64,000 bases of DNA from an uncultured Verrucomicrobiae bacterium (lineage in GTDB: Bacteria; Verrucomicrobiota; Verrucomicrobiia; Chthoniobacterales; UBA10450). Position numbers and translations under genes: made by a program. The number at the start of each line of letters is the position of its first letter. The first letter of the stretch is position 1. This document shows, piece by piece, positions 42,957 through 52,234 of this stretch. The notes below the pieces were generated by a model, which worked only from the letters and a program-made list of their open reading frames with translations, did not search any database and was not told the origin of the DNA. The DNA lies in contig CAVTMK010000004.1 of NCBI GenBank assembly GCA_963735805.1, positions 64,001 to 128,000 of the forward strand, in the 5' to 3' direction.

Positions 42957-44069
42957 ATGAAATCCGCGACGGAGGTCGTCGTCACGGATTTAGATTTGTT
43001 GTCGCATCAGTTGGAAGCGGAGTTTGAGCGGTTGTCCGGTCGGAGCGTGCTCGTCGCGGGCGGTGCCGGCTTCCTCGGCTACTATCTTGTCCAAGGCGCC
43101 CTTTATTGGAACCATACCCATAGTGCTCAACCGCCCATCCAGGTCATCGTCCTCGACAACTTCATGCGCGGTGTGCCCCGTTGGTTGATGGGACTGGAGC
43201 AGGACCCGAATCTTCGCCTGCTGAAACATGATATCACTCAACCGCTGCCGGCAGCGATAGGCGACGTTGAATACCTGATCCACGCTGCTTCGATCGCCTC
43301 CCCGACTTACTACCGTAAGTTTCCGATCGAAACGATGGACGCCAACATCAACGGTCTGCGCTTCCTATTGGATTACAGCCTGGCGCAGAAACACAGGGGC
43401 AAGCCGGTCGAAGGAGTCCTGTTCTATTCCAGCAGCGAGATTTACGGTGATCCCACCCAGGACAGCATCCCGACGCCGGAATCCTATCGTGGTTACGTCT
43501 CCTGCACCGGGCCGCGCGCCTGTTACGACGAGTCAAAACGGTATGGTGAAACCCTTTGCGTTAACTTCGCACGTCAGTATGGCCTGCCCATCAAGGTGGC
43601 TCGGCCCTTCAACAACTACGGTCCCGGCCTGAAAATCACCGACGGCAGAGTCATCTCCGATTTCGCTCGGAACATTCTTGGTGGGGAGGACATTGTGATG
43701 TTCTCGGACGGCTCGGCCAGACGGACTTTCTGCTACGTCGCGGATGCCGTGGCGGGTTATTACAAGATCCTGGTCAAGGGAAGGTCGGGGGAAGCGTATA
43801 ACGTCGGCGTGGAGACGCCCGAGGTCAGCATGGCGGAATTGGCCGAGCGGGTCGCAGCGCTGGGCCGGGAATTGTTTGGCTACACTGGCAAGGTCGTCCG
43901 GCAGCAAAGCGCGGACAAGGATTATCTCGTGGACAACCCGAACCGGCGTTGTCCGGTGATTACGAAGGCGAGAACGGAACTCGGTTACGATCCGCAGGTG
44001 ACCATTGACGAAGGCTTGCGACGCTCCCTCATCTGGTACTCGGGCAATCGCGAGGCATCGGAGGCTTAA
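42957..44069 (+). CDS. UDP-glucuronate decarboxylase-like NAD-dependent epimerase/dehydratase
   Basis: GGAGFLG, HAASIASP, SSSEIYGDP, GPRACYDESKR. Confidence 0.9.
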   Translation: MKSATEVVVTDLDLLSHQLEAEFERLSGRSVLVAGGAGFLGYYLVQGALYWNHTHSAQPPIQVIVLDNFMRGVPRWLMGLEQDPNLRLLKHDITQPLPAAIGDVEYLIHAASIASPTYYRKFPIETMDANINGLRFLLDYSLAQKHRGKPVEGVLFYSSSEIYGDPTQDSIPTPESYRGYVSCTGPRACYDESKRYGETLCVNFARQYGLPIKVARPFNNYGPGLKITDGRVISDFARNILGGEDIVMFSDGSARRTFCYVADAVAGYYKILVKGRSGEAYNVGVETPEVSMAELAERVAALGRELFGYTGKVVRQQSADKDYLVDNPNRRCPVITKARTELGYDPQVTIDEGLRRSLIWYSGNREASEA

Positions 44070-45397
44070 TGAAGGTCTCGATTATCGGAACCGGCTACGT
44101 GGGCCTGGTCACGGGTGCTTGTCTGGCGGAGAAGGGCCACCATGTGACGTGCGTTGATATTAATCCTGAACGCGTGGCAACACTCAACCGCGCGCAATCG
44201 CCTATCTTTGAAGCCGGCCTCGATGAATTGCTGCGCAAGCACGTTGGACGCACGCTGAAGGCCACCACAGATCTTGCAGCTGCAGTCTCGGATTCGGAAC
44301 TTACTCTCATCGCTGTCGGGACGCCGTTCGATGGTCAGACGATTGACCTGGCCGCTGTGATGGCTGCATCACGGCAGATTGGTTCAACGTTGCGGAACAA
44401 GACCGCTTATCATGTTGTGGTAGTGAAGAGCACCGTTGTCCCCGGGACCACCGACCTGCACGTGATTCCCGCTCTTGAAGCCGCTGCCGGCAAACGGGCC
44501 GGGGTGGATTTTGGTGTGGGCATGAACCCCGAATTCCTATCCCAAGGCGAAGCCGTGCGCGACTTCATGTTTCCTGACCGCATTGTGTTGGGCGGGAACG
44601 ACGCACGGACCCTCGACACCCTTGAGGAACTGTACCGGCCTTTTGCCGCGGCTCCCCGCATCCGTACCAACACGCGCACCGCCGAACTGATCAAGTACGC
44701 CTCAAACGCCCTCCTGGCGAACCTCATATCGTTCTCGAACGAGATCGCGAACCTTTGTTCTGTCCAAGGAGGAATCGATGTCATGGAAGTCATGAGGGGA
44801 GTCCAGTTGAGTCAGTACTTTGGCAACCACAAAACTGAGAGCTTGCCCCCCATCGTCTCTTTCTTGCGGGCTGGTTGCGGATTTGGCGGAAGTTGTCTCC
44901 CGAAAGATGTCAAGGCACTCATTGCTCACGGACAAAAGGCAGGTCTCCCGATGAGCCTCCTGGAGTCCGTGATCGAGGTCAATGAGGCGCAACCCCGGAG
45001 AGTAGTGGCTCTTTTGGAGAAGCATTGGGTGGATCTCATGGGAATCCGGGTGGCCGTCTTGGGATTAGCCTTCAAACCGGGAACTAACGATGTCCGGGAA
45101 AGTCCGGCTTTCCCCATCCTGCGCGAACTGATTAAGCGGGGTGCTGTGCTGAAAGCCTTCGATCCCGTTGCAATGGACGAGGCGCGCCGCGTTATCCGCG
45201 ACCCGGGCATCACTTACTGCGAGAGCCTGTCGGCAGCACTGCTCGATATCGATGCTCTTATAGTGGTTACCCCTTGGCCGGAGTTCCGTGAGGTTCCGGC
45301 GCTTCTGCGGGGCCGCCATCCCGCTCCAGTGTTCGTTGACGTACGACGTGCCTTTGAACGTGGAAGTGTGGAGCGCTACGAAGGCATCGGTTTGTAG
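44069..45397 (+). CDS. ugd: UDP-glucose 6-dehydrogenase
   Basis: GTGYVGL, AVGTP, KSTVVPGT, NPEFL, GFGGSCLPKD. Confidence 0.92.
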   Translation: MKVSIIGTGYVGLVTGACLAEKGHHVTCVDINPERVATLNRAQSPIFEAGLDELLRKHVGRTLKATTDLAAAVSDSELTLIAVGTPFDGQTIDLAAVMAASRQIGSTLRNKTAYHVVVVKSTVVPGTTDLHVIPALEAAAGKRAGVDFGVGMNPEFLSQGEAVRDFMFPDRIVLGGNDARTLDTLEELYRPFAAAPRIRTNTRTAELIKYASNALLANLISFSNEIANLCSVQGGIDVMEVMRGVQLSQYFGNHKTESLPPIVSFLRAGCGFGGSCLPKDVKALIAHGQKAGLPMSLLESVIEVNEAQPRRVVALLEKHWVDLMGIRVAVLGLAFKPGTNDVRESPAFPILRELIKRGAVLKAFDPVAMDEARRVIRDPGITYCESLSAALLDIDALIVVTPWPEFREVPALLRGRHPAPVFVDVRRAFERGSVERYEGIGL

Positions 45398-45405
45398 GAT
45401 CTACT

Positions 45406-45936
45406 TTGGAATTCATCGAAACAGCACTTAAAGGAGCTTTCCTGATCCGGCAGAAAAAGATCGAGGATCACAGGGGCTATTTCGCGCGTGCTTGGTGCCG
45501 CGAAGAGTTCATCCAGCACGGTTTGAATCCCAATATGCTGCAGCTCAACACCGCCTTCAATTTTCAGCGAGGCACGGTTCGCGGTATGCACTACCAGGAA
45601 AAGCCCCATGAGGAAGCCAAGCTCATCCGCTGCACCCGCGGCGCCATCTACGACGTAATCATCGACTTGCGCCCTGAATCGCCGACCGTGGGCCAATGGC
45701 ACGGAGAGGAGCTTACCAGCAGCAATGGTACAATGCTTTACGCCCCTGAAGGATTCGCTCATGGCTACCAAACCTTTCTCGACGACACGGAAATGTGTTA
45801 CATGACATCCGCCCTTTACGCTCCCGAGGCGGCACGAGGCGTGCGTTATGACGCTGTGGCTTTCGGCATTCTCTGGCCACTTCCGGTCACGGCGATATCG
45901 GAGCAGGATCGGAACTGGCCGGATAACTGGCGATGA
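45406..45936 (+). CDS. rfbC: dTDP-4-dehydrorhamnose 3,5-epimerase family
   Basis: D.RGYF, GTVRGMHYQ, DLRPESPT, P.GFAHGY. Confidence 0.92.
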   Translation: MEFIETALKGAFLIRQKKIEDHRGYFARAWCREEFIQHGLNPNMLQLNTAFNFQRGTVRGMHYQEKPHEEAKLIRCTRGAIYDVIIDLRPESPTVGQWHGEELTSSNGTMLYAPEGFAHGYQTFLDDTEMCYMTSALYAPEAARGVRYDAVAFGILWPLPVTAISEQDRNWPDNWR

Positions 45937-45985
45937 GCCCAAAGGCATCTGGCATTGTAATTCAACCGCAGCGTAAAAAGTTCTT

Positions 45986-47302
45986 ATGATTAACGCAGTG
46001 GACACTGTCTTAGCCCAGCGCGAGAGCGACGGCAATCCGGTGCGTGTAGCACTGGTCGGGGCTGGCGTCACAGCACGAATGATTGCGCTTCAGTTGGCTA
46101 CCCCCATCCCCGGTATGCGTTTGGTGGCGATCGCCAACCGTACGGTCGAAAAGGCGACTCAGGCTTTTTCCAATGCCGGCGTTCCGGATGCTGAGGTTGT
46201 ATTAGACCTCGGCAGGCTTGAAGAAAATGTTGATAAAGGCCGGCCTTCTGTCGTGGAGGAATCAAACCTCGTTTGTCAGGCTGGCAATATCGACGTCGTC
46301 GTCGAGGTTACCGGTACCGTTGAGTTTGGCGCTCACGTCGTCTCAGCCGCCATCCGTCACCGCAAGCACGTCGTCCTGGTCAATGCCGAGCTCGATTCAA
46401 CGGTTGGTCCGATACTCAAATTCCACGCTGAACGGACTGGCGTCGTGCTGACAAATACCGACGGAGACGAACCGGGGGTGGCGATGACGCTGCTGCGGTA
46501 TCTACGCAGCGTGGGTTTGAAGCCTGTGGCTGCCGGGAATCTCAAGGGGATGATCGATAGGTACCGGACCCCGGAAACACAGCGCGAGTTTGCCACCAAG
46601 TACAATCAGGACGCCGCGAAGGTCACCTCCTTCGCTGACGGGACGAAACTCTCGATGGAGACCTGTATTCTGGCGAACGCCACCGGGTTTAAAGTCGGAC
46701 AGCGAGGCATGTATGGTCCCAAGTGCGCCCACGTCCGAGAGATGTCGAAACTGTTGCCGTTGGATCAACTGCTAGCCGATGGCTTGGTTGACTATGCATT
46801 GGGGGCGGAACCTCACACCGGAGCCTTTGTGATTGTGCACGAGGACCATCCGCGCAAACAGAAAGAGTTGGCTTATTACAAATTGGGAGATGGACCCTGC
46901 TACGTTTTCTACACTCCTTACCATCTGCCGCACATCCAGATCGCCTCAACCATCGCCCGCGCTGCCTTGTTTGGCGATCCCACGGTGACTCCGCGCGGCG
47001 GGCCAATTTGCGAAGTGATTACAATTGCCAAGCGCAACCTCCAGGTTGGCGAAGTGCTGGATGGAGTCGGCGGATTCATGGCCTACGGCGTGATCGAGAA
47101 TGCGCCGATCAGCGCAAAGCAGAATCTCCTGCCCATGGGTGTTTCTGAAGGGTGCCGGCTGCTTCGAAATATACCCAAAGACCAACCAATTACGTATGCG
47201 GACATTGAACTGCCGCCGAGCCGCTTGTGCGATCAGTTGCGCGCCCAACAAGATCGCCATTTTGGCGGCGAGACCCCGCTGGAGGAAACGATCAAAGAGT
47301 AA
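45986..47302 (+). CDS. NAD(P)-dependent oxidoreductase, homoserine-dehydrogenase-like, with C-terminal SAF domain
   Basis: VALVGAG, NAELDSTVGP, DGDEPG, SFADGTK, PYHL, AKRNL..GE.LDG.GG. Confidence 0.85.
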   Translation: MINAVDTVLAQRESDGNPVRVALVGAGVTARMIALQLATPIPGMRLVAIANRTVEKATQAFSNAGVPDAEVVLDLGRLEENVDKGRPSVVEESNLVCQAGNIDVVVEVTGTVEFGAHVVSAAIRHRKHVVLVNAELDSTVGPILKFHAERTGVVLTNTDGDEPGVAMTLLRYLRSVGLKPVAAGNLKGMIDRYRTPETQREFATKYNQDAAKVTSFADGTKLSMETCILANATGFKVGQRGMYGPKCAHVREMSKLLPLDQLLADGLVDYALGAEPHTGAFVIVHEDHPRKQKELAYYKLGDGPCYVFYTPYHLPHIQIASTIARAALFGDPTVTPRGGPICEVITIAKRNLQVGEVLDGVGGFMAYGVIENAPISAKQNLLPMGVSEGCRLLRNIPKDQPITYADIELPPSRLCDQLRAQQDRHFGGETPLEETIKE

Positions 47303-47361
47303 CAGCTGCGCAGCGGCTTGTTTTTAAGGAACTCAATGCTTCAAAAACCGGAGAAGACATC

Positions 47362-48156
47362 GTGAAGGTGGTTTTATTTTGCGGGGGTTTGGGCATGCGT
47401 ATGCGCGAATATTCCGAAGCTTTGCCCAAACCGATGGTGCCGATTGGGTATCGTCCCATTCTTTGGCATGTAATGAAATATTACGCCCACTACGGACACA
47501 AAGACTTTATTTTGTGTTTGGGTTATAAGGCCGATGTCATAAAGAAATATTTCCTTGAATATGACGAGTGCGTGTCAAATGACTTTGTCCTCTCCCGCGG
47601 GGGCAAGAATGTTGAATTACTGAGTAGCGACATCGATGACTGGAACATTACGTTTGTCGATACTGGACTTACGTCGAACGTTGGTCAGCGTCTGAAAGCT
47701 GTGCAAAGACAACTTGAAGGAGAAGAGATGTTCCTTGCCAACTACACTGATGGCCTTTCGGACGTGCCACTTCCTGCAGTCATCGAATCTCTCAAGAATA
47801 GCGGGAATGTAGCCTGCTTTGTAGGTGTGAAGCCGCGGGCCACCTTCCATCTTATCACCATGGAGTCCGGTGGTGTCGTCACGAGCATCGAACACGTCGC
47901 GAAGTCCGGAACACGGATGAATGGTGGGTTCATGGCGTTGCGGCAGGAGATCTTCAGTTACATGAAGGACGGCGAAGAACTTGTCGAAGAGCCGTTCAAT
48001 CGGCTGATCGGCGCCGGCCGGTTGATGGTCTATCCACATGACGGCTATTGGGCCTGCATGGATACTTTTAAAGAAAAGCAGGACCTTGAAGACCTCTTCA
48101 GCCGGGGCAGTGCTCCCTGGGCAGTCTGGAATCATCAACACGAAATCAAGAAATGA
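47362..48156 (+). CDS. rfbF: Glucose-1-phosphate cytidylyltransferase
   Basis: FCGGLGMR...PKPMV.IG..PILWH.MK.Y, VDTG, W.CMDT. Confidence 0.9.
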   Translation: MKVVLFCGGLGMRMREYSEALPKPMVPIGYRPILWHVMKYYAHYGHKDFILCLGYKADVIKKYFLEYDECVSNDFVLSRGGKNVELLSSDIDDWNITFVDTGLTSNVGQRLKAVQRQLEGEEMFLANYTDGLSDVPLPAVIESLKNSGNVACFVGVKPRATFHLITMESGGVVTSIEHVAKSGTRMNGGFMALRQEIFSYMKDGEELVEEPFNRLIGAGRLMVYPHDGYWACMDTFKEKQDLEDLFSRGSAPWAVWNHQHEIKK

Positions 48157-48806
48157 TTTCGTGCAGTCTGAATCGCGTGAAGCGCGTGCTGTGCGTGGGC
48201 GCGCACAGCGACGACATCGAGATCGGTTGCGGTGGCACGGTGTTGCAAATGATCGAGCAGTCGAAGAGTCTCGAGTTTTATTGGCTCGTTCTATGTGCCA
48301 ACCCGGAACGGACCATCGAAGCCAGACGCAGCGCCAACGCATTCCTGGTGCGAGCGCGCAAGAAAACTATCGTCGTAAAACCTTTTCGAGACGGATTCCT
48401 TCCCTACCTCGGTTCGCCGGTCAAGCAATGCTTCGAAGAACTCAAGAAAGTCTTCACGCCGGATGTAATCTTCACGCATTGCAGACACGATCTTCACCAA
48501 GACCATCGTCTGGTGTGCGAGTTGACTTGGAACACTTTTCGCGACCACTTCATCCTCGAATACGAGGTCCCAAAATACGACGCTGATCTGCGCTCCCCTA
48601 ACTTCTTTGTGCCGTTAAGCGACGTTCAGGCGCGCAAAAAAGTCAACAACCTGATGCGCTACTTTACTACGCAGCGGAACAAGCGCTGGTTTTGCGAGGA
48701 ATTATTTTATGGACTGATGCGGCTGCGATCCACCGAGGCTGCCTCACCCACGCGTTATTCGGAAGCTTTCTACTGTCGCAAGGCCCTCCTCGCAACAACG
48801 AATTGA
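48153..48806 (+). CDS. PIG-L/LmbE family deacetylase
   Basis: AHSDDIEIGCGG, DLHQDH. Confidence 0.9.
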   Translation: MISCSLNRVKRVLCVGAHSDDIEIGCGGTVLQMIEQSKSLEFYWLVLCANPERTIEARRSANAFLVRARKKTIVVKPFRDGFLPYLGSPVKQCFEELKKVFTPDVIFTHCRHDLHQDHRLVCELTWNTFRDHFILEYEVPKYDADLRSPNFFVPLSDVQARKKVNNLMRYFTTQRNKRWFCEELFYGLMRLRSTEAASPTRYSEAFYCRKALLATTN

Positions 48807-48948
48807 GATACGTGGCAGACGCGCGATGCATTCGCCGCCTGGACACGCCTGCAAAGAATTCAACGCCTTTGGGACGGTAAACCTCTTCTCGTCGATCCCG
48901 TCGCATTTATCTTGCCAATCACCAAATTTGTAGGGTAAACGACGTTGC

Positions 48949-49614
48949 ATGACACAGGATAGCGGAAAAATGCCGTACGATCGACAATTGCCCGGCACGA
49001 ACATAGTTTGTCGCAGCCATAAGCCGAACGGATGCTCTTGCCTGTTCGCCTTTCTGGTTTCTGCCGCGCTCATGTTCGGCTGCCAGACCCCTCTGCCGCC
49101 TTTGCCAAATCCACCGGGTCCTTATACAGCCGTGAGGCTTTCTCCAGGAGACGTGCTCAAGTTTTCCTTTGCCGAAGAGAGCGATTTGGATCAAACGCAA
49201 AAAATTCGCAGGGACGGAAAGATAAGCCTACCATACCTCGGCGAAGTGACGGCAGCCGGGAGGAGGGTTATCGATCTCCAACATGAGCTAACCCGTCGCT
49301 ACGACGAGTATCTTGATAACCCCGAGGTGCTGGTCACATTGGAGAACAGTGCGGGAACCGTGATCGTGTCAGGATTTGCCAATAAACCAGGAGCAATCCA
49401 GTTTGATCGTCCCATGACTGTGTATCAGGCGATCATGGAAGCGGGAGGTGTAAGTGACTATGGTAGCGCGAGCAATATTCATCTGACTCGTATCATCGAC
49501 GGAGTCCAGCGCACTGAGAGAATTAATCTTCGGCCGAATATTCACGGCGAGCCTATCTACCCGAAATATGTACAGGACGGAGATGTGATCTACATTTCGC
49601 GCAGTTTGTTTTGA
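48949..49614 (+). CDS. wza: Polysaccharide export lipoprotein (Wza/OPX-like)
   Basis: Lipobox LMFGC, L.PGD.L, DGKISLPYLGEV.AAG, AI.EAGG (SLBB). Confidence 0.85.
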   Translation: MTQDSGKMPYDRQLPGTNIVCRSHKPNGCSCLFAFLVSAALMFGCQTPLPPLPNPPGPYTAVRLSPGDVLKFSFAEESDLDQTQKIRRDGKISLPYLGEVTAAGRRVIDLQHELTRRYDEYLDNPEVLVTLENSAGTVIVSGFANKPGAIQFDRPMTVYQAIMEAGGVSDYGSASNIHLTRIIDGVQRTERINLRPNIHGEPIYPKYVQDGDVIYISRSLF

Positions 49615-49646
49615 CCTTATGTGCCGGCAGGGCGCGACTTGCAAAC

Positions 49647-50880
49647 ATGATTTTGCCATGTCGAATTCACCGGACTGGTAACCGCAAGCGCGTTGATTCG
49701 CCGTCGCTCGCACTCCTTTTCGCCGTCTTGCTGGCTCTACAACCAGGAAACACCCGCGGTCAAGACGCAGCGGGTTCGACATTCGAAGCGGCTGGTTTGG
49801 GATGGTTACCGGCTGTTCCAATTCAAATCACGGCCGGTGTGGACACGGGCTACGACGACAACGTTACGCTAAGCCTCAAGCGCCAAAAGCTCGTTGTTCG
49901 CCACAGAAAATGTTGTCCTCACTTACGTTCGTCCCGGGGAACGAACGGCATTTTCTTTGCTTGGTGTCGGACGCTTCACTCAGAATTTCGATGTGACGGG
50001 GCAGAACGAGAAAAGCGGAAACGTCACCATGGCGCTCTCGCATAACTTTTCGACACGACTTTCCTTCTACACCAGCATTTATGCTTCTTACCAGAACGAA
50101 CCCAATTTCCAATCCAACGTTGGTCCGGAGAACGTCCGCGCTAATTTCTTCGACACGGTTGACATTTTTTCGCTTACATATCGCTTGTCTACCCGATTTA
50201 CCTTGGTGACAAGCTACACGTTCGAGCGCGTCAAGTACGATCAGTCCTCGATCGGAGATTTTCAGAACCGGATCGACAGCACGTTCAACGAGAAGCTTGT
50301 GTTTAACTTGACCAGCCGCACGGGTCTTGTCGGCGAATATCGTTATGAAACGATTACTTACGACACCGCCCCGACCGACTCCACGACTCATTTCCTTATC
50401 GCCGGGATCAATCATAATTTGACCGAGCACTTTATTGTTCACCTACGCGCCGGTGAATCTTTTCGCTCTCTCGAGAACGAGGGGGATTCGGCTCTCCCTT
50501 ACTTTGAAAGTTCGGTTGATTACGTGAGCAGCAACCATTCGCTGAACTGGGTGACGAGCTATGGGTACGAATCGCCCACAGCCGGAGGCACGACGACCAC
50601 AAAGACGTTGCGGACGGGCTTGAACCTGAATTACAATCTAACTTCGCGGCTCAGTGCAAATACTGGCGTCTATTATCATCATGATGAAAATCAGGGTGGC
50701 ACCGGAAACAGCTCCACAGGGACGCAAGATTCTTTGGATCTCAATCTCGGGCTTCGTTATACACTGAATAAGCATTTTACCTTGCACCTTGACTACAACC
50801 ATACCACGCAGGGTTCGATGGGATCGATCCCTGGTTACTCGCGGAATCGCTATTTCGCCGGAGTAACCTACACCTACTGA
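49647..50880 (+). CDS. Outer-membrane beta-barrel of EPS export loci; frameshift near 49880
   Basis: GYDDNV motif, alternating beta strands, C-terminal Y.RNRY..GVTYTY. Confidence 0.75.
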
Positions 50881-50966
50881 AGACCGCAGACGGAAAGAGC
50901 GCGGCTACAAGGAGCTAGCCGGACAAAGATCGGTAATCATTCTCTGGCGTCAGCTCAGGAAACACC

Positions 50967-51938
50967 TTGAAAATACCTTCTTCAATGGATCGAGCCGTTG
51001 CTCGCGAAAGCAGGATTCCAACACAGACAGGACGCGTATCGGGATCTACTCTCACGAAGAAAAAAAAGATGTGGCGGATTTGGGCAGGCGCCTGTTTTGC
51101 GATCGCATTGCTGGTGGTTTTTAGTCAGCCTCTCCTCGCGCTGATAAACTACGCTGCAGGGAGCGATCTGTATTCATATATTTTATTGATACCGTTCGTT
51201 TCTGCATACTTGCTTTACGTGAGGCGTAATCAATTGCCGAAGGATTACGTTGTCGATCTACCGCTTGCGATGGTGTTCCTCGCCGCCGGTGTCGGTTCCT
51301 TCGCGTTCACGTATTGGTTGCATTTCGGCGGACAGTCCTCAGCCAAAGCTGATTACCTCACTCTACAGACTCTGTCATTCTTGTGCTGCCTCGCGGCGGG
51401 AGGATTTTTCTTTTTTGGACGTGCCTGGATGCAAGCCGCCGCGTTTCCGTTGGCATACCTCATTTTCATGGTGCCGATGCCGGATTCCATGAGAGACGCG
51501 CTTGAGTTGGCTTCGAAATATGCGTCGGCCGAGGTAGCCAATCTTCTTTTCCGCTTGAGCAATGTGCCTTTTCTCCGGGCAGGCGCCGTGTTCCAACTGC
51601 CGAACATCACGATCGAGGTTGCGCAGGAATGCAGCGGTATTCGATCGAGCTGGGTGCTGTTGATGACCAGCATTCTTGCCGCCAATCTATTTCTGAAGAC
51701 GTCGTGGCGGCGCGTCGTGCTGGTTTTGTTTGTCATTCCCCTCGGCATTTTACGGAATGGCTTTCGCATCCTCGTGATTGGGCTCCTCTGCGTGAACGTC
51801 GGCCCGCAGATGATTCACAGCGTAATCCATCGCCGCGGGGGGCCCTTCTTTTTCGTAATTTCCCTGATTCCGTTCTTGCTGCTGTTGTGGTGGCTGCACA
51901 CGAGTGAGCGCCGAACTCGGTCGCTGAAATCACGCTGA
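50967..51938 (+). CDS. xrtC: Exosortase, VPDSG-CTERM-specific type (exosortase C)
   Basis: VAQECSGIRS (Cys), RNGFRI (Arg), IHRRGG (His); multi-TM; VPDGG-tailed substrates nearby. Confidence 0.85.
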   Translation: MKIPSSMDRAVARESRIPTQTGRVSGSTLTKKKKMWRIWAGACFAIALLVVFSQPLLALINYAAGSDLYSYILLIPFVSAYLLYVRRNQLPKDYVVDLPLAMVFLAAGVGSFAFTYWLHFGGQSSAKADYLTLQTLSFLCCLAAGGFFFFGRAWMQAAAFPLAYLIFMVPMPDSMRDALELASKYASAEVANLLFRLSNVPFLRAGAVFQLPNITIEVAQECSGIRSSWVLLMTSILAANLFLKTSWRRVVLVLFVIPLGILRNGFRILVIGLLCVNVGPQMIHSVIHRRGGPFFFVISLIPFLLLLWWLHTSERRTRSLKSR

Positions 51939-52234
51939 CCTTCGTAGCGGATTTGAAATATCTGGCTTTTCTTTCCTTGTCTATCCTGCTTTCACGCTTC
52001 TTTTTTCGCTTTTAGCGAGTTTTTTGGGGAACTTAGCGCTCCTGTTTCCGGAGAAAAGGTTGGGAGGACCCGGCTCTCCGGCGTCTGATACGCCAGCTGG
52101 ACTCACCTTCGCTACGGCCCACACCTAGAGACCATTTTTGCCTAACGCATGAGATTCCGATTTAGTGATTGGCACGAAACGAGTGCCGTAACTGGAGCTG
52201 CAATCCGGTTGATCGTGTCGACTTGGAGATAATT

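Noticed and set aside
52170..52186. Sigma-54 promoter TGGCAC upstream of prsK
   Set aside because: No GC at the -12 position with correct spacing.
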